A stretch of 64,000 nucleotides of DNA, from NCBI GenBank assembly GCA_030704615.1, contig CM060734.1, forward strand, positions 5,394,001 to 5,458,000, given 5' to 3'. Under the pieces are notes generated by a model. The model was not told the DNA's origin. It did no database searches and was given only the letters and a program-made list of their open reading frames with translations. The translations under genes and the position numbers were made by a program. This document shows, in pieces, positions 1 through 11,339 of this stretch (position 1 is its first letter; every line of letters starts with the position of its first letter). The stretch is from Takakia lepidozioides. Lineage: Eukaryota; Plantae; Bryophyta.

Positions 1-90
1 GGGTTATTTTGCTTCAGGATTCGACTACAAGGTAGTATACAAGCCCGGAAGGCTTAATGCTCAAGCCGATCACCTTTCCCGATTGTCGGA
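1..90 (+). pseudogene. Ty3/Gypsy RNase H C-terminal fragment (cut by the window edge and by element X)
   Basis: With one frameshift it reads VILLQ(E)FDYKVVYKPGRLNAQADHLSRLSE, the typical end of Gypsy RNase H. Abrupt junction to the repeat at about 91. Confidence 0.75.
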
Positions 91-279
91 GGAGTGGGAA
101 GATATTCATGTCATGTCAAGACATGTACAAGACCCTACTAGGGTCATTGTCAATTAAGGACATAAACAGCCCATAAACAGGGCACCATCTAACACTTCCA
201 TTCTAGTCATGACTTCCCAATTGATTTCACCCAATCATTCATGATAAAACAGGGTGGGAGGGCGGGGTTTGTTTATGTA

Positions 280-1010
280 CAGGTCATGACAACAAGACAA
301 AGCATATAAGCAAACATCTTGTGTACTGAAAAATCATATTGCTGCAGCCTGTCATACCCTTTCATCGCATCATAATTACAACAAGACATGCATTAGAGCA
401 AAACATCTTGTGTATGTGAAGCCAACCTGCAATATTACATATTCAAGACATGCCCTTCAAGCAAACATCTTGGGTATGACAAAATAATTTGCAGCCTACC
501 TTATCAGTATTACCCCAAGACATGCATCATGCAAGGCATCTTGGCAAGTAAGAACAACCTGCCATATTACAGATTCAAGATATGTACACACAAGCATCTT
601 GATGGACCAGCCTGCAGTTTGGGCAAATTCCAAGCAAGCAACCAAGTAACCCTCTTGGGCATGACAAAGCATATTGCAGCCTCATTCTTTACCAATTGTA
701 ATTACCCCAAGACATGCATCATGCAAGGCCCCTTGGGTAGTTAAGAACAGCCTGCCATAATACAGATTCAAGACATGTATACACAAGCATCTTGATGGTC
801 CAGCCTGCAGTTTTTCAGTTTCCAAACATGCAACCAAGTAACCCTCTTGGGCATGACAAGACAGATTGCAGCCTCATTCTATACCATTCATAATTGCCCC
901 AAGACATGCATCATGCAAGGCATCTTGGGAATCGAAGAACGGCCTGCCATATTACAGATTCAAGACATGGACACACAAACATCTTGAGTGCCCGGGACCA
1001 AGCCATCTTG
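280..1010. repeat. Internal tandem repeat of element X (about 192-bp period with shorter CAAGACATG...CATCTTG sub-repeats)
   Basis: CAAGACATGCATCATGCAAGG recurs at 516, 708 and 900, with a shorter variant at 382. The same array is present in the other two copies. Confidence 0.85.
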
Positions 1011-2104
1011 GCCAAAAAATAATCCATACATTGTAGGTAACTGGCCTGATGGCAATACAAGGCTAATAATCATTGGCAAAGGTCTAGTAGAGCTTACCAA
1101 CACTGTTTTCCAGGAGGCTTATGCCAGGGTTTGAAAATAAACCTCACTATGCTCCATTCCACACCAGATTCAGGTCTAAAAGAGGCCTGTCAGTGCCTTA
1201 TCAGGCTGCCATCTTAAAAAATCAGGGCCTCCTCTTCCTTAGAACCTGACAGCCACTGAGGCCTTACCCATAAAACTCGCCTCCTCTTTAAGGCCAAAAC
1301 AGTACCTAGCTTAATAATCCACAGGCACCGCTGTCAAAGATTACAAGACAAGGTAAGGTCCAGATGTTGGGCTTCAAGAGACAGGCCTGCTAGGCTGAAA
1401 TGCTCCATCAAATGTAGCAAAACATAAGTCAAAAGTAAGCATCAGCATGCCAAACCAGGTTCAGGCGGGCCGAAATCGGGGCTGCAGGCAGTAGCCAGGT
1501 CAAGACGCCATACACAATAGGCTCCCTTTGCCCACATCCATATCTGCAAGCTCAAGAGATTTCAAAGCAAGTAGGGATCCTCACCTGGTCCCATCACAAG
1601 CCCCCACAAAAACCAGCAGTTAGTGAGGATTGTGGAACCCCAGGTGAATCACAGACCCCTACACTTGTCATCGATGTCAACTAAGAACCTCAAAAGCGAG
1701 AGAGAAAGACATAAAACAAAAGGAACCCTAATCACCAAAAGCACCTTGAGCGATTGGGGAAGAGAACAGTGCGCCATCACCAGCAGCAAACCACCTCCAG
1801 CAAAGCAAAGAAGAAGTGAAGCATACAAGCACACTTGCTAGGTTTAAGAAGGGAGAGAGAGATATTTCCCCACACAAGCGCCGCTGCAAAAATTAAAAAC
1901 CAGAGGGGGGAAAGAGACGATGCGTTCACAGCATTGTCTCCCGCCTATAAGAAAAAACAAAGCGTCGCCATTGCGCATCCACAGGAGATCGCCCAACACG
2001 GGTATGATGCAGCAAAACGCAGACGCCATAACGCTCTTCCCGCGAGCTCAGAAGCACTGCTCGTGCTTCTGAAGGCGGGAGAGACATCCTAGGGCTCTTG
2101 CCCA

Positions 2105-2710
2105 ATTTTTCATCCGTGCAGGATGAATAATCAACACCACATCCTTTAAAACCCGACGGATTTTATCCATAGCTAGGTTAAATGGTAGGTTTTAGGGTAG
2201 GGATTAGGGTTTCACACCTTAACTAACCATAATTAGGGGTAATTAATATCAGTCCAGGGCCATCAAAAGTTGTACACTTCATCCGGTTCAAATGAAAAAA
2301 TTATTGAGTTCATCCGTTGGAAAAAGTCCAGCAGTAGGATGGAAAAACATGAAATAACATCCAAGGTATCGGTTTTACATCCTTACAGGTAATTCCACAT
2401 CCCAAAAATGCCTCATCCGGTACGGATGAAAAAACAATAAAAGATGAATGAAAAAAATAATATCCTAGCATTTTTCATCCGGTATGGATGGAAAAATAGG
2501 ATGCCAGAGGCAACCCCCATAGAGGTAATTCTCATTCTCTGGTGACTCATCCGGTATGGATGAAAGTCAATAAAAGAGGAATGAAAAATCAGAGACTCAT
2601 CTTAGAGGTAATTCAGTGTCCACCCTGGTAGTTCATCCGGTATGGATGAAAAATCATTATAGGACGGGTGAAAAAACTGCCAGATTCCATCCGGTATGGA
2701 TGAAAACACA
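2105..2710. repeat. Subterminal palindromic motif array (TCATCCGGTATGGATGA) of element X
   Basis: Many copies of CATCCGGTA(T/C)GGATG, e.g. near 2414, 2475, 2547, 2632 and 2688. Confidence 0.75.
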
Positions 2711-2812
2711 GGAAATTAACACTGATAAAACCGGCCAATTCCAAGGATGGAGGGAGACAGAGGGAGAGAGGGGGCACCCACCAACCAACCCCTGGTATGG
2801 CAGTCCCTTATG

Positions 2813-2915
2813 GTGGTATGCACTCACCCCGTAAGGGATTGCATACCATACCCCTTCATAAGGTTTCTCCCTCTTCAAAGTAGATTCCAAACCCTAGATA
2901 GTTATGCCATAGGGG
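2813..2915. mobile_element. Hairpin-bearing end of a second, tandem copy of element X, interrupted by an LTR insertion
   Basis: Matches 51676-51778 and 17969-18070 (inverted). Starts 4 nt after the end of copy 1; similarity stops exactly at the LTR TG at 2916. Confidence 0.75.
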
Positions 2916-3850
2916 TGTTAGAGGGCTGTCTGGGACTTAGAGTGTTTTACGGGTTCTGTGGGGTACCCTTAATTTTTGCACAGACTTACGGATGGTAGAC
3001 TTAGATCAACAGAGGCCTTAGGGGTGACAGGCACAAACTTTAGGGGTGGTAGACAGGCTTACACACTCAGTCACAGTTGGACACAGTCGTACACAGTCTA
3101 TCACAGTCTATCACAGCCTGATACAGCTTGTCACAGCCGGACACAACCTATCACAGTCTATCATAGCCAGTCACAGCCCGACACAGTCCGACACAGCCAG
3201 TCACAGCCCGATACGGCTTGGCACAACCCGTCACAGCGTACATAGGGAACGGTTATCATTGGCAGGGAATGACTGTGTGGGAACGACATCTGCAGAGGGA
3301 ACATGTTTACTTCTTGGGTGACAGTTAGTTAGTTAGGCGGTTAGAACAGCTTGCAGATAAATTAAGCAGGGCAGCGACATGGATGACACTTCTTGGAGGA
3401 AACTTTTGGAGATCAGGACTTAGCCATCGGGAAAGAGAGCACGATCTGGAACGGAGAGATGGAGGGGTCACGAACTGATGATGCTTGATTCATGCAAGCT
3501 GTAGTGATATACCGTAGAGCAGGCTAGGGACACCATGGCTTCGGCCTGATACATGATAAATCTTAATCTGATACTTATTTGATACAATCAGTGAAGTTGT
3601 GGAATGGATGGATGAGTGAATGGAACCTGATAGATACTGAAGCGATCTGATGCTTAAGTATACATAGTAAGGTAATTTGCTAACATGAAGGCAAGAAGAA
3701 ATACAAACAGGAAGCACAACCATGATACACTAGCTGTAGGTCATGACTGATTGTTCTGAGCGGGCTGAGTGCTTAGAGATATCCAACTCTTCTATCTTGG
3801 AGTTCCCACCTCGGATAGCGAAGGGATGGGTGAGTAAAAGCCGTTCGACA
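2916..3850 (+). repeat. 5' LTR of Gypsy-1 (TG...CA), with an internal ~10-bp TCACAGCC-type microarray at about 3065-3240
   Basis: Starts TGTTAGAGGG and ends CGTTCGACA. Homologous to 19668-20628 (minus), whose start abuts a PPT. Confidence 0.85.
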
Positions 3851-4438
3851 TTTGGCGACCATACTGGGGAACTGGGTCAAGAACAACCAGATGTGACAGA
3901 CATTTGGTGGGATCATGGTGGATGGAGAATTAAAGAATTTGATGTGAATCAAATTCCTTGTGGAACTGAGAAAGAAAGATTGTCCAAGCAATTCTTTCAA
4001 AGATTCTTGGAATTGCCAGGCGGTTGCAAGGAAAACATTCTTAAGAGAGTGCATGATGTTGATCCTGAGTGGGGTCTGGAGAAAAGAGTGATAAAGATTT
4101 ATCAAGTGGCATGTAGAGGGAGAGCAAGTTGGTTACCAACACTGGTTTATGTGATAGCGTTGTTATCCATTAAACAAGTGGAGTTTGAAGGCTGGGAGGA
4201 ACGGAAAGTGAATGTTTACACTCATATGCATGAAGAATTCGTACTAATAAAGAATTGGATTCCTAAGGATATCCTGTGGATCAAACTTACACCAAGAACA
4301 GCTTTCCAAACGTGCTTGCCATATGGTTATATGGTAACGGAGACTTCTAGTATAACCAAGGGTGCATTGAAGCTTGAAAGAAATCCACGCATATACGAGA
4401 GATACTACAGGAGAGAGTTTTGGTTATTGCCTCATTGA
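3743..4438 (+). CDS. Extra ORF upstream of gag, unknown function (231 aa)
   Basis: Open frame ending 20 nt before the gag ATG. Nearly identical protein in the second copy (18951-19775, minus). Confidence 0.5.
   Translation: MTDCSERAECLEISNSSILEFPPRIAKGWVSKSRSTFGDHTGELGQEQPDVTDIWWDHGGWRIKEFDVNQIPCGTEKERLSKQFFQRFLELPGGCKENILKRVHDVDPEWGLEKRVIKIYQVACRGRASWLPTLVYVIALLSIKQVEFEGWEERKVNVYTHMHEEFVLIKNWIPKDILWIKLTPRTAFQTCLPYGYMVTETSSITKGALKLERNPRIYERYYRREFWLLPH
3853..3870 (+). promoter_or_regulatory. Primer binding site TGGCGACCATACTGGGGA (resembles tRNA-Arg-type PBS of Tat/Ogre-like elements)
   Basis: Begins with TGG 2 nt after the LTR CA. The tRNA identity rests on resemblance only. Confidence 0.7.
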
Positions 4439-4458
4439 AAATATGAAAGACATGGGAC

Positions 4459-6408
4459 ATGAGTGATGAAAGAGAAGCTAGACTTCACAGATATTCAGCA
4501 AAAAGAGAAAGTTATTTGAAAGCTAATTATCCATATGTTTGGGAGAGAGGAATAGACATAGGGGAATCATCTAGACCTCTCACACGATTAAGATCGGAGA
4601 GTACATTACCCATACCACAGGAACCAGAGTTGGATGCCACTCCTTCTTATTCTTTACAAGAAAGATTAAGGGATTTGGTACAGGAAGAAGATCAGCCACG
4701 AGGGGAGAGATCTGAGGTACATCCCTGGATAAAAGATTTGACAAAAATCTTTGATAAGAGTTGGCATGGGACACCAAAGGCAGGAACTCCAGTTTCTGAA
4801 TCACAAGATAAAGAGGGAGAGGAAGATGTGGCAGAGCCAACGGAGAGTTCAGACTCTCCAACACCATTGCAATTGAGTTACATGAGTGAAGAAGAAGAAA
4901 TCCAAGAAAAGGTCTTGGAAGATGAAAACAGAGAGAAGAATTTGGAAGATGAAGGGTATGAAGAAGTAGACCCAACAGTTGAGGTTGAGACTACAACCAG
5001 GACATCCCAACCTGTTGGACCTGGATCAAGTGGAGCACTTGGATCACAGGCCAACGAAGGTGTCGGCTCAGGGGGATCAGGCGGGCAGCTTGGATCTGGC
5101 TCTGGGGGGACAGGGAGTGTGGGAAGTAGTGCAACTGTAGCTGGGGTTACATTAAGTGCAGAGGGCCCAGTAGCAGGGAGTACTCAGGGGCCAGCACCTA
5201 GTGGGAGTTCCACCACTACAACAACAGGTCCTCAAGGACCAGCACCAACAAGAGGACCAGCACCTGTCAGTGGGCAGGGTGTAGGGCCACAGATGGCGGT
5301 ACCTCCAACACGGGCAAAACCACCTTTTCCAATATATGCAAGGAAATGGGATCATGATGTACACATTAGCCAATTTGAGCCCATGTGTATTGTGAACAAT
5401 GAGAATGGCGATGATGCCAAGATGAGACTGTTTCCTTGTTCACTTATCAAGAAAGCAAGTGAATGGTATGCAAGATTCCCTGATAATCATTTCCTAACCT
5501 GGAATGGCCTTAGTACAGCATTCCGGAATAGGTTCAGGACAAGCAAAATTGAGAATGAAGTGTATGGGAGTTTACAACAGTTAAAGCAAAAGAAGCATGA
5601 AACTGTTGAAGAATACATGGAAAAGATGGAGTTGATGATGAAAAAGTTGGCTGTTGTGCCAGCACCAGGGTTACAGAAGACCTGGTTTGTGAGTGGATTA
5701 AGACTTGAATTACAAAAGAAAGTGGATATGCTACCCCATAATACAGTGGAGGAGGCATTTGAAACAGCCAACAGAATTGAGCAATTGGGAATGCTCAGAA
5801 GAGAGAAAAAGGATGATGAGGACTCTGAAGATGAGTCAGATGAGGAAGAAGAGCAAGAGCTCAAAAGGAAGAGTAAGAAAAAGGAAAAGTTAAAGAGGGA
5901 AAACTATGAGAAAAGACTGGAGGAGATCTTGAAGAAGTATGCCACAGAGGCTGCAACACATTGGAGGAAGGGTGTATGGTGTGCAAAATGTCAGAATGAA
6001 GGCCATACCACAGCTGAATGCCACATGAAGGAGAAACATTGTACTATCTGTAAAATGGATAACCATTCTACTGAGAATTGTTATTACAACAGAAGGACAG
6101 CTACAAGAGAACCTAGGCAAGTAAGTGTGCATCAAGTGCAGCCCCAGCCAAGAAGAAACAATGATCATGACCACTATGGAAGGTCAGGTGGTTATAACAA
6201 TGGTATAGCAGGGAGAGGTAATCCAAGAGGGAATTACCAAGGCAATCCCAGGGGCAACTATCAGGGTAATCCAAGGGGGAATTACCAGCCAGGGAATCAG
6301 GATTATAGAAACAATCCCAGAGCAGACCAAGGGCGAGGACCTAATGGGGAAGAACTGTGTTATTATTGTAACCAGGCAGGACATCGCAAGGCAGCCTGTC
6401 CATTCTAG
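4459..6408 (+). CDS. gag: Gag (capsid plus three CCHC zinc knuckles)
   Basis: LKQKKHETVEEY motif; knuckles CAKCQNEGHTTAEC, CTICKMDNHSTENC and CYYCNQAGHRKAAC; RGNYQGNP repeats. Confidence 0.88.
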   Translation: MSDEREARLHRYSAKRESYLKANYPYVWERGIDIGESSRPLTRLRSESTLPIPQEPELDATPSYSLQERLRDLVQEEDQPRGERSEVHPWIKDLTKIFDKSWHGTPKAGTPVSESQDKEGEEDVAEPTESSDSPTPLQLSYMSEEEEIQEKVLEDENREKNLEDEGYEEVDPTVEVETTTRTSQPVGPGSSGALGSQANEGVGSGGSGGQLGSGSGGTGSVGSSATVAGVTLSAEGPVAGSTQGPAPSGSSTTTTTGPQGPAPTRGPAPVSGQGVGPQMAVPPTRAKPPFPIYARKWDHDVHISQFEPMCIVNNENGDDAKMRLFPCSLIKKASEWYARFPDNHFLTWNGLSTAFRNRFRTSKIENEVYGSLQQLKQKKHETVEEYMEKMELMMKKLAVVPAPGLQKTWFVSGLRLELQKKVDMLPHNTVEEAFETANRIEQLGMLRREKKDDEDSEDESDEEEEQELKRKSKKKEKLKRENYEKRLEEILKKYATEAATHWRKGVWCAKCQNEGHTTAECHMKEKHCTICKMDNHSTENCYYNRRTATREPRQVSVHQVQPQPRRNNDHDHYGRSGGYNNGIAGRGNPRGNYQGNPRGNYQGNPRGNYQPGNQDYRNNPRADQGRGPNGEELCYYCNQAGHRKAACPF

Positions 6409-6457
6409 ATCAGACACCTGAATGAGATGAGAGCTCCTGTGGGGTGATTGCAGCCTA

Positions 6458-7199
6458 CAGTGTCCATTTTTTGACGTAAATGCGTCATTTAACCTGTACA
6501 TAGTTTATTGGTTTTGATCTACAATCTTATATTTCTATGAAATTTCTTAAAAAGGACTCACAACATTGTACCTATCTACATGTAGTATCTACCTTCTCAG
6601 ACTTGCCCCCAAAAACTGTTATCTCTAGAAGTGATGAACTTTATGAAAAGTCCATAAGCTTTTGTTACAGTCCATACAAAACTTGTTATGGACTCATTAT
6701 CTGTTAGATTTTGTAACATAATTGGAATAAGGGACTTGGCCCTCCCTTGCTATTATGATAAAGAATCTAGTGTGAGAGTTTTTTAACATTTTTACTCATT
6801 AAACTAAATTTTATGTACTTTATCAACCTACCAATAACAGCCATTTTCATAAAGTCCTTTTCAATATGAAAACCAAAACACCCCATGAGCTGTCTTCATT
6901 AAATACAACTATTTATTATAGATGAAGGGTGGCCCAAGGTCAAATTTTCAAAAACGTACTTTTGTGATTATGGTCAAGTTTGGATTACGTTACCGACAAC
7001 ATGTGACAGCATATATCCTCCATAACATCTTTCTTTTTTCCATTTGAAATGACAGTATCCCAACAATAGACGCTCCACATGATATAGTGCAAGTGAATCC
7101 ATGTTTTGGTTTTTTTTCACGATTTTTGTTTTTTTTTTATGTACTTTTATGTAGGCCACATCTTCAACTTTTTGGTCCACTCTTCGTTGCAACTACCCT
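6458..7199. other. AT-rich non-coding insert between gag and protease
   Basis: Abrupt compositional shift inside an otherwise purine-rich coding region. Boundaries approximate. Confidence 0.55.
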
Positions 7200-10100
7200 G
7201 TGAATGAAGGCCCAGTGGTGGCAGCTCACATGGTTAGGCCATGTTTTGTACCAGAAGTGAGTACAATGATAGTGACCAGAAGCAAAGTTAAACTAATAGC
7301 TCCAGTGGATGAGGAAGAAGATGATAATGAAGATGGCAGTGATGTGCCTGAAGATGATGAGGCTTGGAGAGATGAGAAGGAACTACACAGGGAAGTGGCT
7401 GACACCATAAGGGAAATGCAGAAGAATACTAATATCCCTATGACAGATCTTCTGACTCTGATAGAGAAGATGGAGAGGGTGAAGATGAAGTGAAGAAAGA
7501 AGCTGCACAAGTGTAGAGTAATGAAGGGACTCTGGCTGAAGTAATATGCCAGACCAAAGCTGAGATTACCATTGGACAGCTATTGGCTGTGGCACCTCAT
7601 TGTAGGCACAAGCTATATCAAGCAATTAATCAGATTGCTCATGTGACAGAGAACGCAGAATTGCGCAGCAAGGTGACAAGTTATAATGTGAAGCCTGAAG
7701 GGCAAAAAACAGTCATGGACTTTGATGATTCTATGCTAGTAATCCAACTGAGAATTGGAAGCACAGATTTGACTGATGTACTGATAGATGGAGGCTCAGG
7801 AGTGAATATTATGACAGACCAATTAAGGCAGAAGCTGGTCTGAGTAACATGAAACCAGCCCCATTTACAGTAACAATGGTAGATCAAAGGAGTGTACAGC
7901 CTTTAGGCTTGATGAGAGGAGTTAAGATACAGATTCAGAAGATGGTCTTTAAGATCACAGTGACTGTGTTGAAAATGGATGATGTTATGGAAGCTTACTC
8001 CTTATTGCTGGGTCGACCATGGCTGAAACAGGCCAGGGTATTCCATGACTGGAATTCCCAGTTACTCACTGTGCATGATGGGAAGCACAAGATACATGTC
8101 ACCACTACGAAATCTAGTAGGCTACCTGCTACCAAAAGACCTCGTGGAGTCAGAGAGTATGACTGGAGGGGAGGACTTGATAAGGAGCAGGAAGCTACCC
8201 TGTTTGCTGCGCACCCAGAGTGGGAGCAGGTTGCAGAAATGCAACTGGGAGGCCTGAGTTTTAAAGGTATATGTTGTGGTACAGTAACAGCAACACCAAT
8301 TGAGGGGGAAACAAGTAGTTACCCACCACATTTCTATGAGGAAAGAGAGGGAGAAATGGAAATCCTAGAAAAACCAGCCACTGTGAGTTTACATGATGAA
8401 TTAGTGGCTGGATGGACAATCACAGCTGAAAAGCAGGTGAGAGACGTGAATGTGGGAACTGAGGAGGAACCAAGAATGGTGAAAGTAGGGGCTGACTTGG
8501 AGCCAAAATTCTTTGAGGAAGCTAAGAGCCTGTTTATCAAATACAAAGATGTATTTGCTTGGAGCTATGAGGATCTGAAAGAGATACCACCTGAGATTTG
8601 CCAGCATAAGATTGAACTGGAACCCAGGGTCGGTACCAATCAAACAGGCTAGGTACAGGATGAATCCTAACTATGCACAGAAGATTGGGGATCAAGAAGC
8701 TGGCTGAGGCTAAGTTCATATACCCAATAGAGTATACAACTTGGTTGTCACCCATTGTGATAGTTCCCAAGAAGAATGGCAAACTGAGAGTTTGTGTGAA
8801 CTATAAGAAGTTGAATGCTTGTACAAAGAAAGATCCATTTCCTTTGCCATTCACAGAAGCTGTACTGGACACTGTGGCAGGCCATAAGATGTACTCATTC
8901 ATGGATGGCTTCAGTGGATATAACCAAGTGCAAGTGGCGGAAGAAGACCAGGGAAAGACAACTTTCATCACAGACTGGGGTGCTTATGCATACAAAGTCA
9001 TGCCTTTTGGACTTTGTAATGCACCAGCAACTTTCCAGATGGTGATAAGTGAATCTTTTCACGAGTATCTGGATGATTTCATGCAAGTGTTCTTAGATGA
9101 CTTCAGTGTGTACAACTCTAAGAATGAGCACTTGCAGAAGTTGGAATTATGTTTGGCCAGATGCTGGATGAGAGGTCTTGGACTGAACCTGGAAAAATAT
9201 ACTTTTTGTGTGAACTCAGAGGTAATACTGGGACAAATTGTGTGTAAGAAGGGACTGCTTGTGGATCCTAGAAAGACAGAGGCTATTAAAGCCTCACCAC
9301 CACCAAGTAATGTTAAGGGTCTAAGGAGGTTCCTTGGACAAACTACTTATCATAGAAGGTTTGTCAAACGGTATGCACAGATGGCAGCACCATTGAGCAA
9401 GCTTTTGAAGAATGATGCAGTGTTTACATGGACAGCTGAATGTCAGTAGGCTTTTGAGGAACTTACATTGTCAGTAACAACTACACCTGTGCTGATTAAC
9501 CCTCACTTGCATGTAGTATTTCATGTACACTGTGATGCCTTCAGGGGAAGCACTGGGAGTTGTGTTAGCTCAAAATATCACAGGAAACATAGATTCACAT
9601 GTGTACTATGCTAGCAGGTTGTTCAACAGTGCTGAAAAGAACTATAGCACCACTGAAAGAGAAGCATTGGCAATGATTTATGCAGTCAAGAAATTCAGGC
9701 ATTACCTATTGGGAAGGAAGTTTATGTTTTATGTGGATCATCAGGCTTTGATTTATCTGGTGAACAAGTCTTTGATAAGTGGCAGGATAGCAAGATGGTT
9801 AATAATCTTGCACGAGTTTGAATTCAAAGTTGTTTACAAGCCTGGGCGTTGCATCTTGTGGCAGATCACTTGTCACGCCTATCAACAGGAGAGCCCGCCA
9901 TGGGAGTAGACGACCAACTACCTGATGCGAGTCTATTTGCAGTGGAGGTGCAGGGAAGTGCAGATGATTGGTTAGATTGGCAGTGGCCAATTAGATACCA
10001 CCTTATTCATGGTCAGTGCCCACCCAGTTATGGGAAGGAACAGAGGAAGAGAATAGCTATCAAGGCTTTACCCTACACTATGATAGGTGGCAGATTGTAT

Positions 10101-10951
10101 AAGCTAGGACCTTGTGGAGTTCTTAAACGATGCTTGTACCACCATAAAGTAAATAAAGTTTTGGAAGAAGTTCATAAAGGAGTGGCTGGAGGTCATTTTG
10201 GAGAGGAGACTACCAGCAGAAAAACACTACTTGCAGGTTACTGGTGGCCTACTCTGTTCAAAGATGTGCACAAATATTGCAAGAGCTGTGATGAGTGTCA
10301 GAGGCTAGAACCTTTGCAAAGATCTGGAAAGATGGTTTTGCATCCGACGATGCCTACTGAACCATTTCAGAAATGGGGACTAGACTTTGTTGGACCGATA
10401 AACCCACCAGCCAGAAATACACAGAACAAGTATATAATCACAGCCACCGATTATACTACAAAGTGGGTGGAAGTTAAGGCTCTGAGGGACAACACAGCTA
10501 AGTCTACAGCAAGGTTCCTGTATGAGAACATACTTACAAGATTTGGCTGTCCCCTGGAATTTATCAGTGACTAGGGAAGTCACTCCATTAATGAGACCAT
10601 AGAATTATTGACTAAAGAGTTCATGATTGTGCACAGGAAGAGTACAACCTATTACCCACAGGGTAAAGGGCAGGCAGAGGCCACCAACAAAATACTATGC
10701 ACTATTTTGGCTAAGATAGTCAATGCAAACAGAACGGATTGGGATACAAAGCTGCTGACAGCTTTGTGATCATACATGACTTCATATAAAGTCACCACTA
10801 AGTATACACCATTCCAATTAGTTTATGGTATGAAAGCTTTACTTCCAGTGGAATTCTTGTTACCTACCATGAGAACTAAATGGGGAAGGAGAATGGAATT
10901 GGAGGATTCAATTAAAGTCAGGAAACATGAATTATATCATGTGGAAGAAGT
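7200..10951 (+). pseudogene. pol: Gypsy-1 pol: protease, RT, RNase H, integrase (broken)
   Basis: LIDGGSGVN (PR); MDGFSGYNQ and VFLDD (RT); YSTTEREALA (RH); H-H-C-C, WGLDFVGP and QAEATNK (INT). Multiple TAG/TGA stops and frameshifts. Confidence 0.93.
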
Positions 10952-11339
10952 CACTACAAGAAAAGGGGGGCCTTTGCGACGCCCGCGCCACGCCGCAGCG
11001 TCGGGAAAACGCCCTTTTCGGGCACGCGGGAGGCGCAGAATTTGCGACGCCCGGCCGTCGCCCTGCAGTCGCAAGGGCGTCGCCAAAATGACATTGCAAA
11101 AATGCGACGTATGGGGGTCGCGAGCCCCCGCCCCAATTCCCGCAACTGCCGGACGTCGGTTTTTCAGGCCATCCGCGCCGATGGCAGGAGCCTCTTTGAG
11201 CGACGTCTCGCCATCGCGGCCCTCCAGCCGACGGCGTTGGTGGGGGCGCCGGCGCAGCGTCGCATTTTTTTTTTTTTTTTCTAACCTACATGGGAGTCAG
11301 CCGGATGGTACGCCAAGCGACTATTGGGCGTGGCACAAA
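10952..11339 (+). mobile_element. CACTA (En/Spm) transposon terminus
   Basis: Begins CACTACAAGAAAA, followed by GC-rich subterminal GCGACGCC/GGCGTCGC repeats in both orientations. No matching right end was seen. Confidence 0.8.

Larger units (their letters stand above)
91..2808. mobile_element. Non-autonomous repeat 'element X', copy 1 (left part missing)
   Basis: Matches 14606-17320 (inverted) and 52427-54506 (direct). Ends in CTGGTATGGCAGTCCCT, where its flank diverges from the 14.6 kb copy. Confidence 0.8.
2916..10951 (+). mobile_element. Ty3/Gypsy non-chromovirus LTR retrotransposon (Gypsy-1), degenerate, 3' end lost at a CACTA terminus
   Basis: 5' LTR, PBS, extra ORF, gag, then PR-RT-RH-INT in Gypsy order, with many stops and frameshifts. 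Confidence 0.92.

Noticed and set aside
2188-2240. Telomere-like TTTAGGG repeats
   Set aside because: Only a few degenerate units, internal to element X.
529-2998. Short ORFs repeated in the three element X copies
   Set aside because: Start and stop positions differ between copies and there are no domains; similarity reflects recent duplication.
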